This document shows, one piece after another, positions 32,386-42,307 of a stretch of DNA of 64,000 bases. Position 1 is the first letter of the stretch. Every line of letters begins with the position of its first letter. A program made the position numbers and the translations under genes. The stretch is from an uncultured Flavobacteriales bacterium. GTDB taxonomy: Bacteria > Bacteroidota > Bacteroidia > Flavobacteriales_D > Sanyastnellaceae. The stretch spans positions 9,456-73,455 of the forward strand of contig CAJWII010000001.1 in NCBI GenBank assembly GCA_913041065.1, in the 5' to 3' direction. The notes under the pieces are model-generated. The model saw nothing but the letters and a program-made list of their open reading frames with translations, was not told the origin of the DNA and did not search any database.

Positions 32386-33348
32386 TCAAGGCGCGCAAAC
32401 CACGGTGTCGGTGATCCCGGAGTACGCCGCAAACCAGCCCAAACCGCCGTCCACCGTCGTCGAAGCAGACGTAGGCAACGCAAAGGGATTGCCCTGGTTG
32501 GCCAGGCTGTTTTCAAAGTCACGAAGGACTTCAAACACCTGGTAATCGATCGCTTCCATGCGCACCACCACCGTGTCTCCCACCTTCCAAAAGCCCTCCT
32601 CACCAGGCGTTTCCTCCACCCCAGGCTGAGGCGATCGAAAATTGGCAAACGGAAATGTCAGGCCGTCGACGAACACGTCGTCGAACACGCTGCCGAACGG
32701 GTAGATAAAATCCTCCCCCAGGTTTTCACGTTTCGACGACCAACGGTAGGCGTCTCCAAACCCAACCGGGTCCGTGAACTGCGTCCAAATCAGACCCAGT
32801 GAATCGTTGGTGGACGACTCCGGGATGTCAAACCACACGCTGTCCAGCGCAGGCAGAGGCCGGAGGCTGGCCGACGCTGCCAAGTCATAGGACTGCGCGC
32901 TGTCTGACCACAAGGCTTGGATCTGGTATTGCTTGCCCACCTCGCCGTACGTCTCCGGTGAAGCCAATCCCGTGTAAACACAGAACTCTGCGTTGGCAAG
33001 TACCTCGGCGTCGAAGCCCAAAAAATCCGCCGCGGCGTCCAACACCTCAGGCGGGAGGTCTCCCGTGCAAAGCGCCGGCAACGGGACGGTCACCCCGTCC
33101 ACCGTGCAGGTCACCTCGGCGTCCGCCACAAACAAGTCGTTCAACGTCGACAAATCCACCGGGTCGAAGTAGCCCTGGGTCGTGGTCAGGATCACCACCG
33201 GCGGCTCACCCAAACGGACAGAAGCCTCCATCACACCCTGCGGCGTCGCGTCGGGCAAATCCACCTCCACCAGCGTTGTGCAACTGGCCAATGCCACAGC
33301 AAATCCCAAGGCCCAGGTGGCGGAATGTTCAAGGAGGCGATGAATCAT
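32386..33348 (-). CDS. DUF4249-like lipoprotein
   Basis: Lipobox FAVALASC. The C-terminal block NQGNPFALPTSASTTVDGGLGWFAAYS resembles the DUF4249 ending. By recall only. Confidence 0.6.
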   Translation of the reverse strand: MIHRLLEHSATWALGFAVALASCTTLVEVDLPDATPQGVMEASVRLGEPPVVILTTTQGYFDPVDLSTLNDLFVADAEVTCTVDGVTVPLPALCTGDLPPEVLDAAADFLGFDAEVLANAEFCVYTGLASPETYGEVGKQYQIQALWSDSAQSYDLAASASLRPLPALDSVWFDIPESSTNDSLGLIWTQFTDPVGFGDAYRWSSKRENLGEDFIYPFGSVFDDVFVDGLTFPFANFRSPQPGVEETPGEEGFWKVGDTVVVRMEAIDYQVFEVLRDFENSLANQGNPFALPTSASTTVDGGLGWFAAYSGITDTVVCAP

Positions 33349-33352
33349 GCTG

Positions 33353-33360
33353 CAAAATTA
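33353..33360 (-). promoter_or_regulatory. -7 promoter box TAATTTTG upstream of the DUF4249 gene
   Basis: Exact TAnnTTTG match on the minus strand, 4 nt before the ATG at 33348. Confidence 0.4.
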
Positions 33361-33438
33361 GGTGGTCACCAAGGGGTCATTCCCGGCGCGTTGGTGAAAA
33401 AACCCGAAGGCCTCGTCAATGTTCTCGAAAGCACCGCC

Positions 33439-33446
33439 CTACTTTT
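33439..33446 (+). promoter_or_regulatory. -7 promoter box TACTTTTG upstream of nusB
   Basis: Exact TAnnTTTG match, 17 nt before the nusB ATG at 33464. It is divergent from the DUF4249 promoter. Confidence 0.5.
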
Positions 33447-33463
33447 GCGGGCAATTCACAACC

Positions 33464-34408
33464 ATGTTGAATCGACGCCACCTCAGGATCAAGATCCTGC
33501 ACGTTCTTTTTGGCTACTATCAAGGCGAAGACCGCGACCCCAAGCGCTCCCGTCAAGCCTTGGACCACAGCACGCAGAAGATGCAAGAACTGTACCTCAT
33601 GTTGCTCGACATGGTGGGGTCCATGCAAGCCCTTGCCATCGAACGCATCGAGGCGGGCTACAAGAAGCAACTTCCCGCTCCAGAGGACCTGAACCCCAAC
33701 ACCAAGTTTGTGACCAACAAACCTTTGCGTGTGTTGGCCAACAGCGAAAACTTGCGCAAAGCCTGCGACGTCCACGGCGTGGGGTGGGCCAACCGCCAAG
33801 ATTTGCTGAAGGCCATCTTCAGGACGTTGCTGAACCACGAGGAGTACACCGAGTACATGGCTTCGGAGGAGCGCGGGTTCCAAATGGACCGCGAAAGCCT
33901 CGTGAGGATGTTCCGCAAGCACATGGTCAACTTCGACCTGTTCCAAGACATGCTGGAAGAGGAAAGCATCTTTTGGGTGGACGATTTGGACCTCGCGGCG
34001 AGCATGGCCATCAAGACCATCAAAACCATCAAGGAAAGCGACGAGGAGGTGGAATTGTTGCCACTGTGGCGAGACGACGACGACGACAAGGCCTTCATGG
34101 AGGACCTGTTCACACAAACCCTGGCTTTGGGCGAGGAGAGCGAGGCCCACATCAAGGAAGGCGCACAAAACTGGGAACTCGAGCGCATCGCCACCACCGA
34201 CCGCATCCTGATGAAGATGGCGTTGGCCGAAGCCCGGACTTTCGAGTCCATTCCCTTGAAGGTGACGCTCAACGAGTACATCGAACTGAGCAAGTACTAC
34301 AGCACGCCCAAGAGCCACGGATTCATCAACGGCATTTTGGACCAGCTGTTCACCAAGTTGAAGGAAAGCGGGGAAATCAAAAAAGTCGGACGCGGCCTCA
34401 TCGAATGA
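33464..34408 (+). CDS. nusB: transcription antitermination factor NusB (long Bacteroidota form)
   Basis: MLNRRHLRIKILHVLF N-terminus and the C-terminal NusB fold NEYIELSKYYSTPKSHGFINGILD. Confidence 0.9.
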   Translation: MLNRRHLRIKILHVLFGYYQGEDRDPKRSRQALDHSTQKMQELYLMLLDMVGSMQALAIERIEAGYKKQLPAPEDLNPNTKFVTNKPLRVLANSENLRKACDVHGVGWANRQDLLKAIFRTLLNHEEYTEYMASEERGFQMDRESLVRMFRKHMVNFDLFQDMLEEESIFWVDDLDLAASMAIKTIKTIKESDEEVELLPLWRDDDDDKAFMEDLFTQTLALGEESEAHIKEGAQNWELERIATTDRILMKMALAEARTFESIPLKVTLNEYIELSKYYSTPKSHGFINGILDQLFTKLKESGEIKKVGRGLIE

Positions 34409-34860
34409 TGTCCTGGAAAGGTGCCTTGACCTCGATGGCCCTGGTGTGCGCCTGGGCAGGATGCGGCGAACACGACAAGGTCGGCACCCACATGATTGTG
34501 AATCCCGCCACAGCCTCCAACGTCGAGGCTGAAGTGGAACGTCCAACCCTCGCGTTTGCAGACACCGTGATGGCGTTTGGCATTGTCAGCGAGGGTCACG
34601 TGGTGGAGCATGTGTTTTCGTTCACGAACCAAGGCCCCGGGAATGCGGTGCTGGCCGACGTGAGCACCACCTGCGGCTGCACCGTGGCCAAGACATGGCC
34701 CAAGACGCCGCTCGCCCCTGGAGAAAGTGCCTCGATTGAAGTGACATTCAACACCCGGGACAAGTCCGGACCGCAGGACAAAATCGTGGCCGTGGTGGCC
34801 AACACCGACCCGAGCGTCACACGGCTTCACCTTGCAGGCACGGTGGTGTCCCCCCGCTGA
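34405..34860 (+). CDS. DUF1573 domain lipoprotein
   Basis: Only the C-terminal part of ORF 33325..34860 is coding. It has the lipobox LVCAWAGC, then FGIVSEGHVVEHVFSFTNQGPGNAVLADVSTTCGCTV. ATGA overlap with nusB. Confidence 0.8.
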   Translation: MMSWKGALTSMALVCAWAGCGEHDKVGTHMIVNPATASNVEAEVERPTLAFADTVMAFGIVSEGHVVEHVFSFTNQGPGNAVLADVSTTCGCTVAKTWPKTPLAPGESASIEVTFNTRDKSGPQDKIVAVVANTDPSVTRLHLAGTVVSPR

Positions 34861-34893
34861 CGGAGGACGCCGTTTGGTGGGTACCTTTCCGCC

Positions 34894-35217
34894 ATGATTT
34901 CACACCTTCTTCTCCAAGCCGCGTCAGGCGGCGGTGGCATGTCCACCTTGTTGATGCTGGCCGGGATGTTTGCCATCATGTACCTCTTCATGATCCGTCC
35001 TCAAATGAAGCGACAGAAAGAGGCCAAAGCCTACCGCGACGCCGTCAAAAAAGGGGACCACGTCGTCACCATTGGCGGGCTTCACGGCAAGGTGATTTCA
35101 GTCAGCGACAAAACCGTCGCGGTTGAACTTGAATCGGGCAAGGCCCGCGTGGACAAGAACGCCTTGTCCCCCACCGGTTCTGCCGAAAGCCAAGAATTGG
35201 AAGCGAAGGCCCAATGA
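34894..35217 (+). CDS. yajC: preprotein translocase subunit YajC
   Basis: MFAIMYLFMIRPQMKRQKE..GDHVVTIGGLHGKV. TACCTTTC at 34882..34889 lies 4 nt upstream. Confidence 0.92.
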   Translation: MISHLLLQAASGGGGMSTLLMLAGMFAIMYLFMIRPQMKRQKEAKAYRDAVKKGDHVVTIGGLHGKVISVSDKTVAVELESGKARVDKNALSPTGSAESQELEAKAQ

Positions 35218-36656
35218 CGGCCGAACGAAGCATGCCCTTGTGGGTGGCAGTTGTCCCGGTGGCCCTCTTGGTGGCCCTGCTCGGGGCGGACGTGGTCTTC
35301 TTTGGGGAAGACAGCTCCTACGGCTCCAACCAAATCGCGCTGCTCCTGGCCGCATTGGCCGCGGGCGGACTCGGAATGGCCCGGGGCACGACCTGGGACA
35401 CCATTCGCGACACCATCGCATCCAGCATCGGCACAGCCACCGAAGCCATCCTCATCTTGCTGCTCATCGGCGCCCTCAGTGGCACTTGGTTGTTGGCGGG
35501 CATTATCCCGGCCTTTATCCATTACGGCATGATGATCCTGCAACCACAGATTTTCTTGTTCGCGGCGTGCATCGTGTGCGCCATCTTGTCTCTCGCCACA
35601 GGGAGTTCGTGGGGCACCGTCGGCACCGTTGGCATCGCGCTGGTGGGCATCGGCCAAGCCCTCGGATTGTCTGAAGGCTGGGTGGCCGGCGCCATCTTGA
35701 GTGGGGCGTACTTCGGGGACAAAATGTCGCCCCTGAGCGACACCACGAACCTCGCACCTGCCGTCGCCGGCACCGACCTCATCACCCACATCCGTTACAT
35801 GGCTTACACCACGGGGCCCAGCATTGGCATTGCCCTTGTGGTGTTCTTGGGCGTGGGCTTGGGCGGTGGCGCAGCCGACAGCGGAGCCGAATTGGCCCCG
35901 GGGTTTGCCGAAGCGGTCTCAGGCGCATTCCACATCCACCCTGGCTTGTTCTTGGCGCCTGTGGCCGTCTTGGCTATGATTGCACGCAAGGTGCCCGCCG
36001 CCCCGGCCTTGTTCGTTGGGGTGTTGCTTGGCACCCTCACAGCCGTGGTGTTTCAGCCTGAGGTGGTTCGCACGGTCGCGGGAGGAGATTGGGGATTTGC
36101 CGCGGCAGCCTATATCGCTTCCATGCAAGCCATGGCCCTCGACGTATCGATTGTCACGGGACACGACCTGGCCGACGAGCTTTTGAGCTCCAGCGGCATG
36201 GCAGGCATGCTCAACACGGTTTGGTTGATTGTGTGCGCCATGACCTTCGGGGCCGCGTTGCAAGCCACAGGCATGTTGGCGCGGTTGACCCAGGCCCTGG
36301 TGGGTGGGGTGAACAGCGTGCTCGGCCTGGTGGGACGGACAGTCGGCGCGTGCTTGGCGTTCAACGTTTTGGCGTCTGACCAATACATCGCCATCGTGGT
36401 GCCTGGAAAAATGTTGGGCGACGCTTACAAAGACCAAGGTTTGGCGCCCGAGAACCTCAGCCGCACGCTCGAGGACGCGGGCACGGTCACCTCTGTGCTC
36501 ATTCCATGGAACACCTGCGGGGTGGCCCAAAGCGGCATCCTGGGGGTCGCCACCCTGGCGTACGCTCCGTACTGCATTTTCAACTGGGTCTCTCCGTTGA
36601 TGACCATGCTGGTGGCCGGGTTGGGCTGGAAGGTCCGCCGGTTGAACCGGGGGTGA
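35214..36656 (+). CDS. nhaC: Na+/H+ antiporter, NhaC family
   Basis: 480-aa polytopic protein with NhaC-like conserved segments (GAYFGDKMSPLSDTTNLA). ATGA-coupled to yajC. Confidence 0.85.
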   Translation: MTAERSMPLWVAVVPVALLVALLGADVVFFGEDSSYGSNQIALLLAALAAGGLGMARGTTWDTIRDTIASSIGTATEAILILLLIGALSGTWLLAGIIPAFIHYGMMILQPQIFLFAACIVCAILSLATGSSWGTVGTVGIALVGIGQALGLSEGWVAGAILSGAYFGDKMSPLSDTTNLAPAVAGTDLITHIRYMAYTTGPSIGIALVVFLGVGLGGGAADSGAELAPGFAEAVSGAFHIHPGLFLAPVAVLAMIARKVPAAPALFVGVLLGTLTAVVFQPEVVRTVAGGDWGFAAAAYIASMQAMALDVSIVTGHDLADELLSSSGMAGMLNTVWLIVCAMTFGAALQATGMLARLTQALVGGVNSVLGLVGRTVGACLAFNVLASDQYIAIVVPGKMLGDAYKDQGLAPENLSRTLEDAGTVTSVLIPWNTCGVAQSGILGVATLAYAPYCIFNWVSPLMTMLVAGLGWKVRRLNRG

Positions 36657-36686
36657 ACGTACCGTCGACTCGATTGTTGAGACCGC

Positions 36687-39536
36687 ATGGCCGACCAACC
36701 CCTCGTCCACCCTCCCCCTGACCAACGCCAAGACGCCTTGGTCTTGACTGGCGCGGCCGAGCACAACCTCAAGTCGGTGGATGTGGAACTGCCACGCAAC
36801 AAACTCGTGGTCTTCACCGGGGTCAGCGGAAGCGGCAAATCAAGCCTCGCGTTTGACACCCTGTATGCGGAGGGTCAGCGGCGCTTTTTGGAAACCCTGA
36901 GCGCCTACGCCAGACAATTCCTCGGCGGGCTGAAACGTCCTGACGTGGAATCCATCACCGGCTTGAGCCCTGTGGTGGCCATCGAGCAGAAAACGGTTTC
37001 CAAAAACCCGCGCTCGACGGTTGGAACCGTCACCGAGTTGCACGACTTCCTGCGCCTGCTTTACGCCCGCGCAGCCGACGCGTACTCCTTGAAAACCGGG
37101 GAGCCGATGGTGCGGTACACCGACGCGCAAATTGCTGAGAACATTTTGACGCGGTTCGAAGGCCAAAAATTGCTCCTCCTCGCTCCCATGGTTCGCGGCC
37201 GGAAAGGACATTACCGTGAATTGTTTGAGCAAATCATGCGCCAGGGTTACCTCCGGGCGCGCATCGACGGCGAGCTGGTCGAGCTGGAACCAGGGCATCG
37301 GGTGGACCGCTACAAGGTGCACGACATCGAGGCTGTGGTGGACCGCATCGTGGTTCGGACCCAGGACGAGGCCCGCATCTTGAAGTCCGTCCAGACGGCT
37401 CTTGCCTTGGGCAAAGGGTCCATGGCCGTCATGGCGCTGGACGGCGACGAGCCGGTCCACTTCTCGAGGAACCTCATGTGTCCAACCTCCGGGTTGGCCT
37501 ACCCTGATCCGGAACCCAACTTGTTCAGCTTCAACAGCCCCTATGGCGCCTGCCCCGCATGCAACGGGTTGGGCAAAGTGGCGCAGGTGGACCCGGCAAC
37601 CTTGGTGCCCGACCCCAAGGTGTCGGTGAAAAAGGGAGGCATCGCCCCCTTGGGCAAACTCAAGGACAACCTGACTTCCCGCATCGTCGAGGCCATCCTG
37701 GTGAACCATGGCATTTCTTCGACCATGCCGGCGGGCGAAATCCCGGAGGCCGTGATGGGCGAAATCTTGTACGGAAGCGACAAGGATGTCAAGCTGCAAG
37801 ACCGCGGCGGCGTGCGGGGCGGTTCTGTGCCGTTTGAAGGCCTGGTCGCGGCCATTGTGCGCTCCGCAGTAAAGGCCAAATCCGTGCCCCTGCGACGTTG
37901 GGCGCAATCGTTTATGCACCGGGTCACCTGCCCGTCGTGCGAAGGGTACAGACTGAAACCTGTGAGCCTCCAATTCAAACTGGGCGGCCGCAACATCGGC
38001 GAGCTGGGAAAAATGGACCTGCTGGATTTGGCGGCCTTCCTAGAAAACCTCGACGGACAACTCTCCGAACGCCAAGCCACCATCGCCAAGGCCCCCTTGA
38101 AAGAAGTCCGTGCGCGCCTGGGCTTCTTGCTCGACGTGGGGTTGGGCTACCTCAGCCTGGACCGCCCCACGCGCAGCATCAGCGGAGGGGAGGCGCAACG
38201 CATTCGTTTGGCCACGCAAATTGGAAGCCGGCTCACCGAGGTGCTGTACATCCTCGACGAGCCGAGCATCGGGCTGCACCAGCGGGACAACCGCAAGCTC
38301 ATTGACAGCCTGTGTGCCCTGCGCGACGCCGGCAACTCTGTCTTGGTGGTGGAACACGACGAGGACATGATGCTGGCGTCCGACCACCTCGTGGACATCG
38401 GACCAGGTGCCGGGGTGCACGGCGGACAAATCGTCGCCCAAGGGCCGCCGGACCAACACCTGGCGTCGGACTCGCTGACCGCCCAATACTTGAACGGCGT
38501 CAAGCGCATCGAGGTGCCCGCCAAGCGCCGAAGAGGCCACCGCAAAAACCTCATTCTGAAAGGCGCAACGGGGCACAACCTCCAGTCGGTCGACCTCAAA
38601 TTGCCTCTGGGCTGCTTGATCGGCGTCAGTGGGGTCAGCGGAAGCGGAAAGAGCTCGCTTGTCAACCAGACCCTCTTGCCCGCGTTGCTGAACCATTTGC
38701 ACGAGGACATCCGCATTCCCCTCCCCCACAAGAAAATCACGGGTCTGGACCACATCGACAAGTGCATCGCGATTGACCAGAGTCCCATCGGGCGCACACC
38801 GCGATCCAACCCCGCCACTTACACGGGGCTGATGGACCTGATTCGAACGCAGTTCACCTTGCTTCCTGAAGCCAAAATCCGCGGCTACAAAAAGGGCCGC
38901 TTCTCATTCAACGTGGCGGGAGGCCGCTGCGAGACGTGCAAAGGAGCAGGCGTGAAAACCGTGGAGATGAATTTCTTGCCCGACGTGCACGTGCCGTGCG
39001 AGGCATGTCAAGGAAAACGGTTCAACCGAGAGACCCTGGAAGTGCGCTACCGCGGCAAGAGCATCGCCGACGTGCTGGCGATGACCGTGGACAACGCGCA
39101 CAGCTTCTTCGAGGCCATCCCCAAGATTCACCGCATCACTTCCACCCTGCAGTCGGTGGGTTTGGGTTACATCACTCTGGGGCAACAAAGCACAACGCTG
39201 AGCGGCGGAGAAGCCCAGCGCGTCAAATTGGCGTCCGAGCTCGCCCGCATCAGCACCGGGAGCACCCTGTACATTCTAGACGAGCCCACCACGGGTCTGC
39301 ACTTCAAGGACGTGCAATTGCTCATCGACGTCTTGCACAAGCTCGTGGACCAAGGCAACACCGTGGTGGTGATTGAACATCACCTCGACGTGCTGAAAGT
39401 GTGCGACCACCTCATCGACGTCGGTCCCGAAGGTGGAAAGCACGGCGGAACCATCCTTGCGCAGGGCAAGCCCGAGGCAGTCGCAGCGTGCGAAGAGAGC
39501 CACACAGGACGGTTCCTCAAGCCACTTTTGGCCTGA
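36687..39536 (+). CDS. uvrA: excinuclease ABC subunit A
   Basis: 949 aa. Two ABC modules (GVSGSGKSSL twice, LSGGEAQR twice) and Zn-finger Cys clusters. Confidence 0.98.
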   Translation: MADQPLVHPPPDQRQDALVLTGAAEHNLKSVDVELPRNKLVVFTGVSGSGKSSLAFDTLYAEGQRRFLETLSAYARQFLGGLKRPDVESITGLSPVVAIEQKTVSKNPRSTVGTVTELHDFLRLLYARAADAYSLKTGEPMVRYTDAQIAENILTRFEGQKLLLLAPMVRGRKGHYRELFEQIMRQGYLRARIDGELVELEPGHRVDRYKVHDIEAVVDRIVVRTQDEARILKSVQTALALGKGSMAVMALDGDEPVHFSRNLMCPTSGLAYPDPEPNLFSFNSPYGACPACNGLGKVAQVDPATLVPDPKVSVKKGGIAPLGKLKDNLTSRIVEAILVNHGISSTMPAGEIPEAVMGEILYGSDKDVKLQDRGGVRGGSVPFEGLVAAIVRSAVKAKSVPLRRWAQSFMHRVTCPSCEGYRLKPVSLQFKLGGRNIGELGKMDLLDLAAFLENLDGQLSERQATIAKAPLKEVRARLGFLLDVGLGYLSLDRPTRSISGGEAQRIRLATQIGSRLTEVLYILDEPSIGLHQRDNRKLIDSLCALRDAGNSVLVVEHDEDMMLASDHLVDIGPGAGVHGGQIVAQGPPDQHLASDSLTAQYLNGVKRIEVPAKRRRGHRKNLILKGATGHNLQSVDLKLPLGCLIGVSGVSGSGKSSLVNQTLLPALLNHLHEDIRIPLPHKKITGLDHIDKCIAIDQSPIGRTPRSNPATYTGLMDLIRTQFTLLPEAKIRGYKKGRFSFNVAGGRCETCKGAGVKTVEMNFLPDVHVPCEACQGKRFNRETLEVRYRGKSIADVLAMTVDNAHSFFEAIPKIHRITSTLQSVGLGYITLGQQSTTLSGGEAQRVKLASELARISTGSTLYILDEPTTGLHFKDVQLLIDVLHKLVDQGNTVVVIEHHLDVLKVCDHLIDVGPEGGKHGGTILAQGKPEAVAACEESHTGRFLKPLLA

Positions 39537-39560
39537 CCCATTTGGAACCAAGACCATTCC

Positions 39561-40265
39561 GTGCCCATCTTATGGGACATGAAGCGACAACCAAAACGCA
39601 CTTGGTCCGAGATCAAAAGCAACGACAGCTGGTCGATTTTCAAAATCATGAGCGAGTTCGTCGAGGGCTACGAAACCCTTCAGCGAATTGGCCCTTGCGT
39701 GAGCATTTACGGGTCGGCCAGGACAGGTCCTGACACCGACACCTACAAGGCCGCACGCGATGTGGCGGTGGCGCTCGTGGACGCCGGATTCGGCGTCATC
39801 ACGGGCGGCGGACCTGGCGTCATGGAAGGCGGCAACCGCGGCGCCCAGGATCGAGACGGCGTGTCCGTGGGGCTCAACATCGAGCTGCCATTTGAGCAAT
39901 CCCACAATGACTACATCAACCCCGACACCTGCCTGCACTTCGACTACTTCTTCGTGCGCAAGGTGATGTTCGTGAAATACAGCCAAGCCTTTGTGGTGAT
40001 GCCAGGCGGATTTGGCACCATGGACGAATTGTTCGAAGCACTGACATTGATGCAGACCGAGAAAATCGAGAAGCAACCGATCATCCTGTACGACAGCACG
40101 TTTTGGGGTGGCTTGTTGGATTGGTTTGAGGACACCATGAAGACCAAATACAAGACCATCAGCCCCGACGACCACAAGCTCTTCCACGTCGCCGACACCC
40201 CGTACGAAGTGGTCCAAACCATCGTGTCCCACCACGAGCGCGCCAAATTGCGTCCGAATTTCTGA
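39561..40265 (+). CDS. LOG-family (TIGR00730) nucleotide phosphoribohydrolase
   Basis: GGGPGVMEG and PGGFGTMDELFE motifs. The exact start is uncertain, since there are several in-frame ATGs. Confidence 0.85.
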   Translation: MPILWDMKRQPKRTWSEIKSNDSWSIFKIMSEFVEGYETLQRIGPCVSIYGSARTGPDTDTYKAARDVAVALVDAGFGVITGGGPGVMEGGNRGAQDRDGVSVGLNIELPFEQSHNDYINPDTCLHFDYFFVRKVMFVKYSQAFVVMPGGFGTMDELFEALTLMQTEKIEKQPIILYDSTFWGGLLDWFEDTMKTKYKTISPDDHKLFHVADTPYEVVQTIVSHHERAKLRPNF

Positions 40266-40354
40266 CACGATGTCATCCATCGGGGGCCAAGCGTGACGCT
40301 TCTGTCAGCCTTCGCCTGGCAGACTCGGACTGGCACAAGAATTGACAAAGAAAG

Positions 40355-40380
40355 GACGTCGCCTGAGGGCGGCGTCTTTT
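40355..40380 (+). terminator. candidate intrinsic terminator after the LOG gene
   Basis: gacgtcgcc-tgag-ggcggcgtc forms a 9-bp stem with one G-U pair and is followed by tttt. Confidence 0.5.
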
Positions 40381-40399
40381 CATTTGAACACACATCAAC

Positions 40400-42307
40400 A
40401 TGGCACAACAAGGCACCATCAACGTCACGACGGACAACATCTTCCCCATCATCAAGCAGTTCCTGTACAGCGACCAGGAGATCTTTTTGCGTGAGTTGGT
40501 CTCCAACGCTGTGGACGCCACCCAAAAACGCAAGATGTTGGCGCAGCTCGGTGAAATCGCAGAAATCACCGACACCCCTCAAGTCGAAGTCCTTTTGGAC
40601 GAAAAAGCGGGCACCATGACCATCCGGGATGCAGGCATCGGGATGACCGCAGAGGAAATCGACAAGTACATCAACCAAATCGCGTTTTCTGGCGCCACCG
40701 ACTTCTTGGAGAAGTACAAGGATGCCGACGCAAAGCAAGCCATCATCGGACACTTCGGTTTGGGCTTTTACTCCTCCTTCATGGTCGCCGACCGTGTGGA
40801 GATCGTCACTTTGAGCCAACGAGATGGTTCCCAAGCGGTGAAGTGGAGCTGCGACGGGTCGCCCAACTTCTCCCTGGAAGACGTCGACAAGGCACACGCG
40901 GGCACGGACATCGTGCTGCACGTCTCTGAGGATGCCAAAGAATACCTCGGCCAGGCACGCATCCGCGAGATCCTGAACACCTACTGCAAGTTCATGCCCG
41001 TGGATATTGTCCAGGGCACCAAGTCTGAGTTCGTGGACGACCCCGAGGGCGCCAAAGACGAGGAAGGCAACGTCAAAAAAGTCAGCATCGACGTCCCCTT
41101 CGTGGTCAACAAAACCGAACCCGCCTGGACCAAGAAGCCGGCGGATCTCCAAGACGAGGACTACAAAGAATTCTACCGGGACCTCTACCCCATGAACTTC
41201 GAGGACCCGTTGTTCCACATCCACCTCAACGTCGACTTCCCCTTCAACTTGACGGGCATCCTGTACTTCCCCAAGTTGAAGAAGCAGATGGACCTGCAGA
41301 AGAACCGCATCCACCTCTACTCCAACCAGGTGTTCATCACAGACAACGTGGAGAACATCGTACCGGACTTCCTGACCCTGTTGCACGGGGTCATCGATTC
41401 ACCAGACATCCCGTTGAATGTCAGCCGCTCCTACTTGCAAGAGGACGCCAACGTCAAGAAGATTTCCGGCCACATCAGCAAGAAGGTCAGCGACAAGCTC
41501 GCGCAGATGTTCAAGAAAGACCGCCCTGCGTTTGAAGCCCAATGGGACGACCTGCGCGTGTTCGTGGAATACGGCATGCTCACCGACGAGAAGTTTGCAG
41601 AGCGCGCACAAAAGTTCTTTTTGTACAAGGACAGCGAAGGCAAGTGCCACACCCACGAGGAATTGATGGCCGCGGTGGGAGAAACCCAAAAAGACAAGCA
41701 CGGCAAGGTCATCCTCCCCTACACGCCCCATGTCGAGGCACAGCACAGCTACGTGAAGGAAGCCACCGACCGCGGCTACACCGTGCTGGTGATGGACGGC
41801 CCGCTGGCCGCGCACGTGGTGAGCAAGTTGGAACAAACCCATCCCGAGGTGCAATTCAAGCGTGTGGACGCCGACATCGCCGACAAGCTCGTTGAAAAAG
41901 ACGAGGAATTGACCTCGGCTTTGGACGACGCCCAGCAGGACACGCTGAAGCCCATCTTGGAAGGGGCCTTCCCTGGCGAAGGGTACAAGGTGCAGTTCGC
42001 ACCCATGTCACCAAGCGCGGCCCCTCTTGTCATCACACAGAGTGAATTCATGCGTCGCATGAAGGAACAACAAGCCGTGGGCGGCGGTGGTTTCCAGATG
42101 TTTGGGGACATGCCCGACAGCTATGAAGTTACGGTCAACGCCAACCACCCCTTGGCCACCAGCCTTCTGAACGAAACGGACGAGGACAAACGCAGCGCCC
42201 TGGCCAAGCAAGCGGCCAACCTGGCTCGCCTGTCTCAAGGCCTCCTCGAAGGAGAGGAGCTGACGGCGTTCATCCAGGATGGATTCGCCCAACTGCACCA
42301 AACCTGA
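40400..42307 (+). CDS. htpG: molecular chaperone HtpG (Hsp90)
   Basis: ELVSNAVDA GHKL motif, GHFGLGFYS, 635 aa. Confidence 0.97.
   Translation: MAQQGTINVTTDNIFPIIKQFLYSDQEIFLRELVSNAVDATQKRKMLAQLGEIAEITDTPQVEVLLDEKAGTMTIRDAGIGMTAEEIDKYINQIAFSGATDFLEKYKDADAKQAIIGHFGLGFYSSFMVADRVEIVTLSQRDGSQAVKWSCDGSPNFSLEDVDKAHAGTDIVLHVSEDAKEYLGQARIREILNTYCKFMPVDIVQGTKSEFVDDPEGAKDEEGNVKKVSIDVPFVVNKTEPAWTKKPADLQDEDYKEFYRDLYPMNFEDPLFHIHLNVDFPFNLTGILYFPKLKKQMDLQKNRIHLYSNQVFITDNVENIVPDFLTLLHGVIDSPDIPLNVSRSYLQEDANVKKISGHISKKVSDKLAQMFKKDRPAFEAQWDDLRVFVEYGMLTDEKFAERAQKFFLYKDSEGKCHTHEELMAAVGETQKDKHGKVILPYTPHVEAQHSYVKEATDRGYTVLVMDGPLAAHVVSKLEQTHPEVQFKRVDADIADKLVEKDEELTSALDDAQQDTLKPILEGAFPGEGYKVQFAPMSPSAAPLVITQSEFMRRMKEQQAVGGGGFQMFGDMPDSYEVTVNANHPLATSLLNETDEDKRSALAKQAANLARLSQGLLEGEELTAFIQDGFAQLHQT

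Noticed and set aside
33325-34404. N-terminal 360 codons of ORF 33325..34860, and the minus-strand ORF 33416..34546
   Set aside because: They overlap nusB in other frames with an Arg/Pro/Gly/His-rich translation. Only the C-terminal part from the ATG at 34405 (DUF1573, with a lipobox) looks coding.
39944-41386. 480-aa minus-strand ORF antisense to htpG (also 36840..37973 antisense to uvrA, 56790..58148 antisense to the helicase and 27677..28765 antisense to pepD/surE)
   Set aside because: These are antisense shadows with no motifs. The sense-strand genes are certain.
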